Assembly (NCBI GenBank): GCA_965208105.1
Contig: OZ242318.1
Location: forward strand, 2,304,001 to 2,368,000
Direction of reading: 5' to 3'
DNA: 64,000 bases
From: Candidatus Latescibacterota bacterium
Lineage (GTDB): Bacteria; Latescibacterota; UBA2968; UBA8231
Of the stretch, positions 9,174 through 18,051 are shown piece after piece (positions within the stretch are counted from its first letter, which is position 1; every line of letters starts with the position of its first letter). A model generated the notes under the pieces. It made no database searches, was not told the DNA's origin, and saw only the letters and a list, made by a program, of their open reading frames with translations. The translations under genes and the position numbers were made by a program.

Positions 9174-10031
9174 CTAGGCAGCTTCCCAGGCTTGCTGCAA
9201 AGCCCGCCTGGCGTAGACCCTGGCCAGGTGGCGGCGGTAGTCTTCTCCGGCGAAAGCATCGCTGAGCAGCTCAGCCTCCGCGGCGGTTCCGGCGGCGGCA
9301 GAGGCGATAGCCTCCGCGCTGGCCGCCTGGCCTTCCAGGGCTTCCTCCACTCCACTATCGCGGAAGGCGGAGTTGGCTATACCGGTGATGCCCAGGCGCA
9401 CGTTCCGGCACCTGTCTCCGTCCCTGGTCACCACGGCGGCACAGCCCACCACGGCGAAGCGCGAGGCCGGATGGGGAAATTTGAGATAGCAGGAGCCGGT
9501 GTGAGCTCCCTGCACCGGGACGCGGACCTCCGTGATGATTTCGCCAGGTCCCAGGCTGGTGAGGAAGAGATCGAGGAAGAAATCGGCGGCGGCGATGGCG
9601 CGCTCCCCGTCGGGGCCCTTGACCTGAACCTCGGCCTCTGCGGCCAGGAGGGAAGCTGGGTAGTCTGCAGCCGGATCGGCGTGGGCAAGGCTGCCGCCCA
9701 TGGTCCCCATATTGCGCACCTGGACATCGCCTATGAGCCCGGCTGTCTGGGCCAGAAGAGGTGCTTTTTGTCCTACCAAATCCGACGATTCCACCTCCCA
9801 GTGGGTGGTCGCGGCGCCGATGGCCAGATGATCTCCCCTGTCCTCGATGTACTTCAGCGCGTCCAGACGGCCGATGTCGATCAGGTTGGAAGGTTGTGAC
9901 AGACGCAGTTTCAAGGAAGGTATGAGGCTGTGGCCTCCGGCCAGAAGCACGGCATCGTCTCCGTGCTCATCGAGCAGCTGAATGGCCTCGTCCACCGAGT
10001 TGGCGCGATGATAGTCAAATGCTGCAGTCAT
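9174..10031 (-). CDS. coxM: Molybdenum hydroxylase FAD-binding medium subunit (CoxM/CutM-like)
   Basis: LAGGHSLIP and QVRNMGTMGGSLAHADPAAD motifs. Confidence 0.92.
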   Translation of the reverse strand: MTAAFDYHRANSVDEAIQLLDEHGDDAVLLAGGHSLIPSLKLRLSQPSNLIDIGRLDALKYIEDRGDHLAIGAATTHWEVESSDLVGQKAPLLAQTAGLIGDVQVRNMGTMGGSLAHADPAADYPASLLAAEAEVQVKGPDGERAIAAADFFLDLFLTSLGPGEIITEVRVPVQGAHTGSCYLKFPHPASRFAVVGCAAVVTRDGDRCRNVRLGITGIANSAFRDSGVEEALEGQAASAEAIASAAAGTAAEAELLSDAFAGEDYRRHLARVYARRALQQAWEAA

Positions 10032-10065
10032 TTCTACTCCTCCTGTTTCCGGTCCGCTAGCCGAC

Positions 10066-12426
10066 TTACTGCATTGCCTGCCACACCCGTTGCGGCGTCA
10101 AGGGCATCTCAAGGTCTCTGACTCCCAGGTGCCACAAGGCGTCCACGACCGCATTGACCACCGCGGGAGTGGAGCCTATGGTCCCGGTTTCCCCCGCCCC
10201 CTTCACTCCCAGGGGATTGTGCGGGCAGGGGGTGACGGTTCGATCCAGCTCGAACGATGGCAGATCGTCGGCGCGCGGCATGGCGTAGTCCATGTAGGAC
10301 CCATTGAGCAATTGCCCGTCTTCGTCGTAGATGGCTCCTTCCATCAAGGCCTGGCCGACGCCGTGGGTAACCCCCCCGTGGACCTGGCCGTCGACGATCA
10401 TGGGGTTGACCACATTGCCCACATCGTCGCAGGCCACGTAGCGCTTGAGATCGATCCTGCCGGTCTCGGGGTCCACCTCGACCATGGCGATATGGGCACC
10501 GTAGGGAAAGGTGAAGTTGGCGGGATCGTAGAAGCTGGTGAACTCCAGCCCGGGTTCCAGGCCTTCCGGATAGTTGTGCGGCACGTACGCTGTCAGGGCG
10601 ACATCGCCGAACCCGATGGATCTATCCGTACCTTTGACCGTCCACTGGCCCCTGGCGTATTCCAGGTCCTCCTCGGCTGCTTCGAGCAGATGGGCGGCGA
10701 TCCTGGCCCCTTTCTCCTTGACCTTGTCGACGCTCTTGGTGATGGCGACGCCGCCCACGGCCAGGCTGCGGGATCCGTAGGTCCCCATGCCGAAGGGAAC
10801 GGATTCGGTATCGCCGTGGATGATTTCCACATCCTCCATGGGAATGCCCAGTTGGTCGGCCACGAGCTGAGAAAAGGTGGTCTCGTGGCCCTGGCCGTGA
10901 GAGTGGCTGCCGACGAAGACCGAGACCTTCCCCGTGGGCTGAACCCGGACCCCGGCGCTCTCGTAGAGACCGGCGCGCGCTCCCAGGGCGCCGACCACGG
11001 CCGAGGGGGCAATGCCGCAGGCCTCGATATAGGTGGAAAGGCCGATGCCCACCAGGCGGCCTTCCCCGCGCGCCTTCTCCTGCTCCCTGCGCATGTCGTC
11101 GTAGGAAGCCATTTCCAGGGCTTTTTTGAGGGAAGTTTCGTAGTCCCCGCTATCGTATACCAGGGCGACCTGGGTCTGGTAGCCGGCCTCTTTCACTCCG
11201 TCAAAGGGGGGAATGAAGTTCTTGAGTCGCAGCGCAGCCGGATCCTCGCCCATTTCGTGGGCGGCGGTGTCCAGCAGGCGCTCCAGCAGGTAGGTCGCCT
11301 CGGGGCGGCCTGCCCCGCGCAGCGCGTCGACCGGGGTGGTGTTCGTGAAGACGGCGGTCACGCCTACGTGAACGGCCGGAGTGGTGTAGAGCCCCTGCAA
11401 CAGGGTGCCGTATAGATAGGTGGGTATGCACGGTGCGAAAGTGGAGAGGTAGGCCCCCATGTTGGCGTGGGTCTCGACGCGCAACCCCACTATCCTGCCC
11501 TCCTTGTCGAAGCCCATCTCGGCCTTGGTAACGTGGTCGCGGCCATGGGCGTCGGTGATGAAGCTCTCGCTGCGGTCGGCGGTCCACTTGACGGGGCGGC
11601 CGATCTGCCCGGAGCACCAAACCGCCAGGACCTCCTCGGCATAGTGAAAGATCTTGCTGCCGAAGCCACCGCCCACGTCTGGAGAGACCACCCTCACCTT
11701 GTGCTCGGGCAGTCCCAGAACGAAGGCGCAGAGAAGCAGGCGGATGACGTGCGGATTCTGCGAGGTCGTGTAGAGGGTGTAGTGGTCGCGCGAGGCGTCG
11801 AAATCGCCGATGGCGCTTCGGGGCTCGATGGCATTGGGGATGAGGCGCTGATTGACGAAGTCCAGGGTGGTGACATGGTCGGCTCCCGCGAGAGCCTCGT
11901 CGGTGGCTGCCTGGTCTCCCAGCTCCCAGTCGAAGGGGATATTGCCGGGCACATCGTCGAAGAGTTGGGGGGCACCCTGTGCGGTGGCCTTGACCGGATG
12001 GACCACCGCGTCCAGGACCTCGTAGTCAACCGAAACCAGCTCGGCCGCGTCCCGGGCCTGGACGCGGGTTTCGGCTATGACAATTGCAACCGGGTCCCCG
12101 ACGTGGCGCACCTTGTCCACCGCGAGGACTGGATGGGGAGGCTCCTTCATCTGGTCGCCGTTCTTGAAGTCCACCTGCCACCCGCAGGGCAGCCCGCCCA
12201 CCCCGGCAGCTTCCAGGTCTTTGCCCACGAAGATTGCAACCACGCCGGGGGCCGACCGGGCGGCCGAAACGTCGACATTCCTGATCAGGGCGTGCGCATG
12301 GGGGCTGCGGACAAGGGTCGCCCAGGTCATCCGGGGCAACGAGATGTCGTCAGTGTACCTGCCGTGTCCGGTGACGAAACGCCTGTCTTCCACCCGTTTT
12401 ACAGATTGGCCGATTAGATCTCCCAT
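10066..12426 (-). CDS. coxL: Molybdenum hydroxylase large subunit, form II CoxL-like (not form I CODH)
   Basis: VGGGFGSK, SHGQGHETT, GTYGSRS and KGAGE. Active-site loop ALRGAGR rather than AYXCSFR. Confidence 0.9.
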   Translation of the reverse strand: MGDLIGQSVKRVEDRRFVTGHGRYTDDISLPRMTWATLVRSPHAHALIRNVDVSAARSAPGVVAIFVGKDLEAAGVGGLPCGWQVDFKNGDQMKEPPHPVLAVDKVRHVGDPVAIVIAETRVQARDAAELVSVDYEVLDAVVHPVKATAQGAPQLFDDVPGNIPFDWELGDQAATDEALAGADHVTTLDFVNQRLIPNAIEPRSAIGDFDASRDHYTLYTTSQNPHVIRLLLCAFVLGLPEHKVRVVSPDVGGGFGSKIFHYAEEVLAVWCSGQIGRPVKWTADRSESFITDAHGRDHVTKAEMGFDKEGRIVGLRVETHANMGAYLSTFAPCIPTYLYGTLLQGLYTTPAVHVGVTAVFTNTTPVDALRGAGRPEATYLLERLLDTAAHEMGEDPAALRLKNFIPPFDGVKEAGYQTQVALVYDSGDYETSLKKALEMASYDDMRREQEKARGEGRLVGIGLSTYIEACGIAPSAVVGALGARAGLYESAGVRVQPTGKVSVFVGSHSHGQGHETTFSQLVADQLGIPMEDVEIIHGDTESVPFGMGTYGSRSLAVGGVAITKSVDKVKEKGARIAAHLLEAAEEDLEYARGQWTVKGTDRSIGFGDVALTAYVPHNYPEGLEPGLEFTSFYDPANFTFPYGAHIAMVEVDPETGRIDLKRYVACDDVGNVVNPMIVDGQVHGGVTHGVGQALMEGAIYDEDGQLLNGSYMDYAMPRADDLPSFELDRTVTPCPHNPLGVKGAGETGTIGSTPAVVNAVVDALWHLGVRDLEMPLTPQRVWQAMQ

Positions 12427-12435
12427 TGCGACCTC

Positions 12436-12900
12436 CTAGGCTGATTGTGCGGCGTATTTGATGGATTTGACGATGTTGTCATATCCCGTGCAACGGCAGT
12501 AATTCCCTTCCAGGGCATGGCGAATCTCCGCGTCGCTGGGGTTGGAGTTGCGCTCCAGCAGTTGCCAGGCGGTCATGATCATGCCCGGCGTGCAGAATCC
12601 GCACTGCAGGCCGTGCTCGACGTTAAATCCCTCCTGAAGAGGATGAAGGGACCCGTCGCTTGCCAAACCTTCAATGGTGGTGATCTCGGCGCCGTCCGCC
12701 TGGACTGCCAGCAAGGTGCAGGACTTTACCGCCTGGCCATCGACGACGATGGTGCAAGCTCCACAGTTGCTGGTATCACAGCCCACGTGGGTGCCCGTCA
12801 GACCCAAAACCTCCCGCAGGTACTCGACAAGGAGCAGGCGGGGCTCCACCTCGTGCTCGTGGGCCTGGCCATTGACCGTGACTTTGATGGGTATCGCCAT
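12436..12900 (-). CDS. coxS: 2x[2Fe-2S] small subunit (CoxS/CutS-like)
   Basis: [11 protein letters not shown]...SC and QCGFCTPG...CRCTGY. Start re-assigned to ATG 12900 (SD GGAGG). Confidence 0.93.
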   Translation of the reverse strand: MAIPIKVTVNGQAHEHEVEPRLLLVEYLREVLGLTGTHVGCDTSNCGACTIVVDGQAVKSCTLLAVQADGAEITTIEGLASDGSLHPLQEGFNVEHGLQCGFCTPGMIMTAWQLLERNSNPSDAEIRHALEGNYCRCTGYDNIVKSIKYAAQSA

Positions 12901-12941
12901 GAGGCTACCTCCTGTAGAAAATGCAGACTTGCTCTGCTCGA

Positions 12942-13424
12942 TCAGTTCGGCGCTCTGCCCTGAGGAGAGACCGGCTCCAGCGTCTTCGCATCGGACAGCT
13001 CCTGCTCCAACGCCTTGAAGAACTGGCTGGTGAACAGGCGGGCAACCCCGCTCAGCACCCGCTGACCCATGCGCGCAAGGAGGCCGCTCAACTTGGCGTC
13101 GGCCTCGAAAAAAAGCGCGGTGCCATCCTCCCGGGGCCGCAGGGCGATGCCGGCCTGAGCCGAAACCGTGCCGATCTTGGCGTCGACATCGATCAGCAGC
13201 CGGTAACTCTTCGGTTCTTCCTTGTCCACCACCTCGAGGGTTCCGTTGAACAGGCTCTTGATGGGACCCATCTTGATGTCCATCACCGCCTTGAACCTGT
13301 CTCCTCCCAAGGGCTCGAGTTCCCTGATCCCCGGGGTCGTCCTGGCAAGGACTGCCGGATCGTTCAGCAGGCTCCACAGACCCTCTTGAGTAGAATTAAA
13401 CGTGTGATTACCTTCAAGATGCAC
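12942..13424 (-). CDS. coxG: CoxG / SRPBCC-domain protein
   Basis: W.LLNDP.VL..T.PG, K.GPIK..F.G and G.LA..G.R motifs. Position upstream of coxS. Confidence 0.85.
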   Translation of the reverse strand: MHLEGNHTFNSTQEGLWSLLNDPAVLARTTPGIRELEPLGGDRFKAVMDIKMGPIKSLFNGTLEVVDKEEPKSYRLLIDVDAKIGTVSAQAGIALRPREDGTALFFEADAKLSGLLARMGQRVLSGVARLFTSQFFKALEQELSDAKTLEPVSPQGRAPN

Positions 13425-13439
13425 GCCGGAATTCTCCGC

Positions 13440-13500
13440 GGATTGTTAGAGTGAAGTAATATATAATAAGTAGAATTGCGGCTGTCAATCACGTCGGAGG
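13440..13500. promoter_or_regulatory. AT-rich divergent promoter region between coxG and xdhC
   Basis: TTGACA on the minus strand (13483-13488) with TATAT-like -10 candidates. TATAAT on the plus strand at 13462. Confidence 0.45.
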
Positions 13501-13577
13501 CCAACAGATCAGGCCTCCTGCTTGGGGAGAATTTCCAACCGCAGCGATGCTTTCCCGGTTTCCCCACGAGGTCGGCC

Positions 13578-14621
13578 ATGGAGGATATCTGGAGCCAGTT
13601 TTCCGGGTGGAAGGCAGCCGGGAAGCCCTTTGCCCTTGCCCGTGTGGTGAAGACCTGGGGATCGGCCCCCAGGAAGGCAGGCGCGGCGATGATTGTCGGG
13701 GAGGACCTGCAGGTCGCCGGCTCGGTCAGCGCCGGCTGTGTCGAGGGAGCGGTTATCGAGGAATCCCGCCAAATTTTGAAAAGTGGGACCCCCAAGCGTC
13801 TCACCTTCGGCGTGGATGATGAAACGGCCTGGTCGGTTGGTCTCTCCTGCGGGGGAGAACTGACGGTTCTGGTGGAAGGACACCCGACTGTCTCTGAACG
13901 TTCAGGGGGCCGGTCTGCCTGGACCTCCCTGGTGTCCGCCGTGCAACAGAAGGAACCCGCGATCCTTTTGACCCACCTGGAGCCGGCGGAGGAGCCTCAC
14001 CTGCTGGTGTACACGAACGGGAATACGGTCGGGAATTGGGGCGCCCTGGGCGACCGCGCGGTCGATGCCGCCCTCGACGCCTACAGCCAACGATTGAACC
14101 AGGTGGTCGAGGTGGAAGGCAGGCCTGTCTTCGTTCAGGTCTTTCCCAGGCGCGACCAGCTTCTGATCATCGGGGCAGGGCATATCTCCATTCCCCTGGT
14201 GCACTTTGCCCACGCCCTCGACTTCGAAACCGTGGTGATTGATCCCAGGAAGGTCTTTGCAAACCAGGACCGCTTTGAGACGCCGCCCCATCAACTCCTA
14301 TCCGCCTGGCCACAGGAGGTGCTGGACGCGGAGGAGCTGACCGGGGATACCTATGCCGTGCTTTTGACCCACGATCCAAAGATCGACGACCAGGCCCTGC
14401 ACATCATGCTCAGGTCGACCCTCCCTTATATCGGCGCTCTTGGCAGCCGGAAGACCCATGCCAGCCGTTGCGAGCGGCTGCTCCGGAGCGGATTCTCCGA
14501 AGAGGATATCGCCCGCGTCAAGGGCCCCGCCGGCCTCGACATCAAGGCCGATAGTCCGGCGGAGATCGCCCTCAGCATCATGGCCGAAGTCGTGGCCGCC
14601 AAACGGGACCGCCAGCAGTGA
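13578..14621 (+). CDS. xdhC: XdhC/CoxI-family molybdenum cofactor chaperone
   Basis: TWGSAPR..GA.M, GSVSAGCVE, GLSCGG, THDPKID, YIGALGSR and GPAGLDI. Confidence 0.92.
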   Translation: MEDIWSQFSGWKAAGKPFALARVVKTWGSAPRKAGAAMIVGEDLQVAGSVSAGCVEGAVIEESRQILKSGTPKRLTFGVDDETAWSVGLSCGGELTVLVEGHPTVSERSGGRSAWTSLVSAVQQKEPAILLTHLEPAEEPHLLVYTNGNTVGNWGALGDRAVDAALDAYSQRLNQVVEVEGRPVFVQVFPRRDQLLIIGAGHISIPLVHFAHALDFETVVIDPRKVFANQDRFETPPHQLLSAWPQEVLDAEELTGDTYAVLLTHDPKIDDQALHIMLRSTLPYIGALGSRKTHASRCERLLRSGFSEEDIARVKGPAGLDIKADSPAEIALSIMAEVVAAKRDRQQ

Positions 14622-15219
14622 GCGAGCGGCGCTCACGGCGATTGTCCTGGCTGCCGGGTGCTCCAGCCGCATGCAAACCCACAACAAATTGCTTTTGCCC
14701 TGGGGCGAAAAGCGCATGCTCCAGGTTGTCGTGGATACCCTGTTGACCGTTCTCTTCGAGAAGGTGGTGGTCGTGGTCGGACACCAGCACCTCGAGGTAG
14801 AGGAGCTGCTGCGGGGCTACGCGCTCAGCACGGTCCTTAACGAACAGTACGCCGAGGGGATGTCCACCTCGATTCGAAAAGGCGTCGAAGCGGTAGAGGA
14901 TCCGGGATCGGGCTACCTGTTGGCCCTCGGCGACATGCCCTGGATCAAGCAGGATACGGTGGAGCGCCTGTTCACGACCTTTCCCCCCCGTGACCCCTGG
15001 GCAATCACCGTGCCCACCGTGGGAGGGCGCAGGGGGCACCCCGTCATCTTCGGGAAGTCCTACCGCGGGGAGTTGTTGCAGTTGGAAGGGGACCGGGGAG
15101 CCGCGTCAATATTGCAAGAACACGCCGGCATGGTGGTGGAGGTGCCCGTTGATGATTCCGGTATTCTCAAAGATGTGGATACGCCGGGAGCCTATCGTCC
15201 CGGGGGTATCGCTCGATGA
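14618..15219 (+). CDS. mocA: Molybdenum cofactor cytidylyltransferase (MocA-like); start unclear, possible 1-nt frameshift near the 5' end
   Basis: IVLAAG.SSRM..NKLLL, GMSTSI, LGDMP, GHPVIF, GDRGA and DVDTP. The GTG overlapping the xdhC stop is 1 nt out of frame with the body. Confidence 0.8.
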
Positions 15220-15956
15220 AATTCCTCCCGGTGCAGTGGCGCGATAGACTCGCCTCCACGAACACCGAGCTGCTGGAATGGATCAGGGGCGGACGTCAGT
15301 TGCCTTCCGGGTTCGTTCTGGCAGCGCGCGAGCAGAGCGCAGGCCGAGGCCGCTACGAGCGGCGCTGGATCTCGCGGCCGGGACGCGACCTCACCTTTTC
15401 ATTTCTTATTCGCACCAGAGCCGGATACCCCCGGTTGGCCTCCCTGTCCATGGCTGCGGCACTTGGAGCGGCATGCGCCATTGAGACCTTCGGGATACCG
15501 ACGCGCACGAAGTGGCCCAACGATATCCTGGTGAAGGACCGCAAGGTGGGAGGAATCCTTGCGGAACAGTGCGATGTCTCCCCGGCGCCAGGGAACGCCC
15601 TCGTGGTCGGTATGGGAATCAACGTGAATTCCACCGAGGCCGAGACTTCCGCGATCGACAAACCGGCGACCTCCATGCGCCTCGAGGCGGACAGGGAATA
15701 CGAGGTCGATGAAGTCCTCGAGCGGGTCCTGGAAGCTCTGTCCGGGTGGATCGGCAGGTGGGAGCGGGGCGGTTTCACCGCCATCAGGAAAGAGTGGGAA
15801 GCCCGCTGCGCAGGGTTGGGCGGCGTCGTTTCAGTGGAGGAAGGCAACCACCGCAGGTCCGGGACCCTGGACGGTTTCGGAAAAGAAGGACAGCTGCTGC
15901 TGCTCGGCGATGACGGAGCGGTTCGCGAAGTCTGGGCGGGCGACCTGTCGTTCTAG
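15216..15956 (+). CDS. birA: Biotin--[acetyl-CoA-carboxylase] ligase (no N-terminal HTH)
   Basis: STN, Q.AGRGR..RRW.S, KWPND, KVGGIL.E and GMGINVN. ATGA overlap with mocA. Confidence 0.92.
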   Translation: MKFLPVQWRDRLASTNTELLEWIRGGRQLPSGFVLAAREQSAGRGRYERRWISRPGRDLTFSFLIRTRAGYPRLASLSMAAALGAACAIETFGIPTRTKWPNDILVKDRKVGGILAEQCDVSPAPGNALVVGMGINVNSTEAETSAIDKPATSMRLEADREYEVDEVLERVLEALSGWIGRWERGGFTAIRKEWEARCAGLGGVVSVEEGNHRRSGTLDGFGKEGQLLLLGDDGAVREVWAGDLSF

Positions 15957-16116
15957 TTTCCCGTCGCGGAAATATGTCGCCATTTTTCCGCCGATCCATC
16001 CAGGCTAACGGTGTTGCCTTCACTCCCCGTGCACCACCAGTACGACTCGCTCAGGCGCCTTGTGAGCCGGGCGCCTCGGCGGCCCAGTTGCGTCAACCTG
16101 TCTCTGCGGCGGGGCA
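15957..16116. mobile_element. 160-bp MITE/REP-like element, copy 1
   Basis: Near-identical to 26216..26375. Degenerate terminal inverted repeats. Flanked on both sides by CTAG. Confidence 0.8.
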
Positions 16117-17997
16117 CTAGGCGATGGAAGCAAGGACCTGGCCAGTGGATACCTGGTCGCCGCTGCTCACGGTAATACTGCTCACCGTTCCTCCGACCGG
16201 AGCGTTGATCGGCATCTCCATCTTCATCGCCTCGAGTACCAGAATCGTCTCACCCGTCTGGACGTGGTCGCCGACGCTGACGAGGTTGCGAATGACCTTG
16301 CCAGGCATCTGAGCGGTCACGGGAGTTCCTTCGTCGCTCTGGACCCTCGGTATGACCTCCGCATTCCGGGGCTGGATATCGACATCGTACTCGCGGCCGT
16401 CCACGATGACCTTGTCCTCCTCGATCAGGACCGAGTATTCCCTGCCGTTCACCGTTACGCTGTACCCCGCCGGCAGCCCCTCTTCGGGCCGCTCTTCCGA
16501 GGCTACCGCAGGCTCTTCCCCGGAGGGTCGCGGAGGAGGAGGCACAAAAAGTTGCGCTGCCGCCGGCACGCTCACCGGCGCCTCGCCAGGTTCTCCGTCG
16601 GCCTTGTAAACCTCGATCTCGGCTTCTCCACGCAAAAATGCCAGTCCCTCCTCCCTGCACACCGCCGCGATGAAGACATTTTCCTCGGTTTCATCCAGTT
16701 TGTATTCATTCAGCAACTGACGCGCGGCCTCGACCCCCTTTTCGGGATCGGCATCGCTCAACTCCAGCGGAGAGCGCTCAGCGGGGGAAAGGTCGAGGTG
16801 GGTGGATGCCAGATCGACGATCTCCGGATTGGGGGGCACCGGTGTCTTGCCGAAATAGCCCAGAACAAGCCTCCCGTAGCCCGGGTCGATCCTTTCCCAG
16901 GGGCCATATTCCACATTGTCGTAGGCCTGCTGAAAGTAGAACTGCGAAACCGGAGTAGCAGAGGTTGCGCAGCCGGCGAATTGGATTACCTCTCCCATTC
17001 CCTGGAGGACCTCGAGGCACTTCTCCTCGTTCCCCCAGGCGCGCATCATCCTGGTATTCGCCGATAGAGCCCTTCCCGACATGGGGCTCCAGGCGACCAG
17101 GGGATTGACCGCGAGGGCATCGGGGGACAACCGATAGGCGCCCATGCAGTCCTTGAAAACTTCCTCGGCCTCGCGCACCTTGCGGTGATCAATGTCGAGA
17201 TCGTACTCTGAATGCCGCAGGGCATGCCACATGACCAGGACATCCGGCTGGGAGCCGGCGCCGGAACATGGAGCCAGGGATAGGTCGATGGCGTCTGCCC
17301 CCGCGTCCAGCGCCGCCATGTTGGCAGAGACGCCGGTGCCCGCCGTTCCATGGGTGTGAAAGTGAATGGCCGCACCTTCAGGTAGAATCCGGCGCGCCTG
17401 CTTGATGGTCTCGTGCACCTTGAGTGGCGATGAGGTGCCGGTGGGATCCTTGAAACAAACGGCATCGAAAGGAACGTCGGCGTCCAGGATTTTCTGCAGG
17501 ATCAGAGTATAGTATTCTGGATCGTGGGCGCCCTCGAACCCTGGAGGAAGTTCCATCATAGTAATGCACACCTGGTGCCCGAGACCCGCTGCCGAGATAC
17601 ACCGGCCGCTGTAGACCAGGTTGTCGACGTCGTTGAGCGCGTCGAAGTTGCGGATTTTAGTGATCCCGTGCCTTTTGAAGAGCTTGGCGTGCAGCTCGAT
17701 GACGTCGCTCGGCTGCGGTTCCAGTCCGACCAGATTGACCCCCCGCGCCAGGCTCTGCAGCTCCGCATCCGGACCGGCCGCTTCCCGGAACGCATCCATC
17801 ATTGCGAAAGCATCTTCGTTGCAATGGGCGTAGAGCGCCTGAAACCGCTCACCTCCACCCGCCTCGAAGTAGGTGATCCCCGCATCTCGAGCCGCTTCGA
17901 CGGCCGGCAGAAAATCCCGGGTGAGAACGCGGGCGTCATACATGGACTGGAGCCCATCGCGGAAGGCTGTACACATGAAGTTTACTTTTTTGCTCAC
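16117..17997 (-). CDS. oadA: Biotin-dependent carboxyltransferase plus biotin carrier (oxaloacetate decarboxylase alpha / PycB-like)
   Basis: FRDGLQS, FDALND, FKD (carbamylated Lys), HTH metal motif, TPVSQ, Pro/Ala/Glu-rich linker and EAMKM biotinylation motif. Confidence 0.88.
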   Translation of the reverse strand: MSKKVNFMCTAFRDGLQSMYDARVLTRDFLPAVEAARDAGITYFEAGGGERFQALYAHCNEDAFAMMDAFREAAGPDAELQSLARGVNLVGLEPQPSDVIELHAKLFKRHGITKIRNFDALNDVDNLVYSGRCISAAGLGHQVCITMMELPPGFEGAHDPEYYTLILQKILDADVPFDAVCFKDPTGTSSPLKVHETIKQARRILPEGAAIHFHTHGTAGTGVSANMAALDAGADAIDLSLAPCSGAGSQPDVLVMWHALRHSEYDLDIDHRKVREAEEVFKDCMGAYRLSPDALAVNPLVAWSPMSGRALSANTRMMRAWGNEEKCLEVLQGMGEVIQFAGCATSATPVSQFYFQQAYDNVEYGPWERIDPGYGRLVLGYFGKTPVPPNPEIVDLASTHLDLSPAERSPLELSDADPEKGVEAARQLLNEYKLDETEENVFIAAVCREEGLAFLRGEAEIEVYKADGEPGEAPVSVPAAAQLFVPPPPRPSGEEPAVASEERPEEGLPAGYSVTVNGREYSVLIEEDKVIVDGREYDVDIQPRNAEVIPRVQSDEGTPVTAQMPGKVIRNLVSVGDHVQTGETILVLEAMKMEMPINAPVGGTVSSITVSSGDQVSTGQVLASIA

Positions 17998-18051
17998 GCC
18001 CAGTTCCTTTTGTTCCGCCAGTTCATTTTGTCAAGTTTCCCGGACAAAAAA

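Noticed and set aside
9140-9180. CAGCCCG...CGGGCTG inverted repeat after coxM, resembling an IS end or terminator
   Set aside because: Short stem with a long loop, single copy and no transposase, so too weak to call.
10090-12417. Long antisense ORFs opposite coxL (similar ones lie opposite the SBP, dnaX, alaS, ptsI and the first gene)
   Set aside because: Typical shadow ORFs from high-GC codon bias, with no motifs.
9174-12900. True aerobic CO dehydrogenase (form I)
   Set aside because: It lacks the AYXCSFR Cu-binding loop and has the form II S-L-M order.
12901-13377. N-terminal extension of coxS from 13377
   Set aside because: It overlaps coxG in another frame. The true start is ATG 12900 with an SD.
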